A stretch of DNA of 63,685 bases, counting the filler, from Octopus bimaculoides (taxonomy: Eukaryota), in assembly GCF_001194135.2 (NCBI RefSeq). It is 4 parts of 4 records of this genome, joined end to end, with 100 filler letters (N's around TTAATTAATTAA, not from the genome) between each part and the next. Parts side by side here need not be neighbours in the genome. Positions count along the whole stretch, not along the records: positions 44,374 to 63,685 come from NC_068981.1; 3 more parts are not named here. One strand, written 5' to 3'. This document shows, piece by piece, positions 63,580-63,685 of the stretch (positions are counted from its first letter, which is position 1; each line of letters begins with the position of its first letter). The translations under genes were made by a program, and so were the position numbers. The notes under the pieces were generated by a model that was given only the letters and a program-made list of their open reading frames with translations, was not told where the DNA came from and searched no databases.

Positions 63580-63685
63580 TATGCCAGTACCGCCTGACTG
63601 GCCTTCGTGCCAGTGGCCTGTAAAAGCACCCACTACACTCTCTGAGTGGTTGGCGTTAGGAAGGGCATCCAGCTGTAGAAATTGC
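63580..63685 (+). mobile_element. SINE family D fragment, truncated by the window end
   Basis: GTAAAAGCACCCACTACACTCTCTGAGTGGTTGGCGTTAGGAAGGGCATCCAGCTGTAGAAA. Confidence 0.7.

Overview
Eukaryotic, AT-rich, microsatellite-dense draft-assembly DNA with many N gaps. The SINE families and repeat landscape look like an octopus (coleoid cephalopod) genome; this is inferred from sequence only. The one clear host gene is on the minus strand: a very large multi-C2H2 zinc-finger protein encoded mostly by a giant ~7.5 kb exon (acceptor 9852/9851, likely ATG 9740, donor 2384/2383). It continues past the left end of the window. A candidate first exon and promoter lie ~40 kb upstream (donor 50302/50301), with a divergent plus-strand donor at 50749/50750, suggesting a bidirectional promoter. 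The putative 40 kb intron and the upstream region are filled with tRNA-derived SINEs (several families, often in tandem) and fragments of RTE, CR1 and R4/Dong-like LINEs. They also hold a Penelope-like GIY-YIG element with inverted ends, a Ty3/Gypsy element with a 3' LTR, a Chapaev3-like DNA transposon, mariner relics and MITEs. The most unusual non-catalogue signals are: stacked uORFs, including a possible 33-aa uORF spliced across the 40 kb intron; a 33-bp minisatellite carrying STAT-type TTCCAGGAA sites; three long hairpin/foldback structures; hammerhead-like cores; and apparent self-targeted SINE insertion. The three TTAATTAATTAA islands inside 100-nt gaps are assembly linkers. Nearly all short ORFs in the supplied track are microsatellite or gap artefacts.
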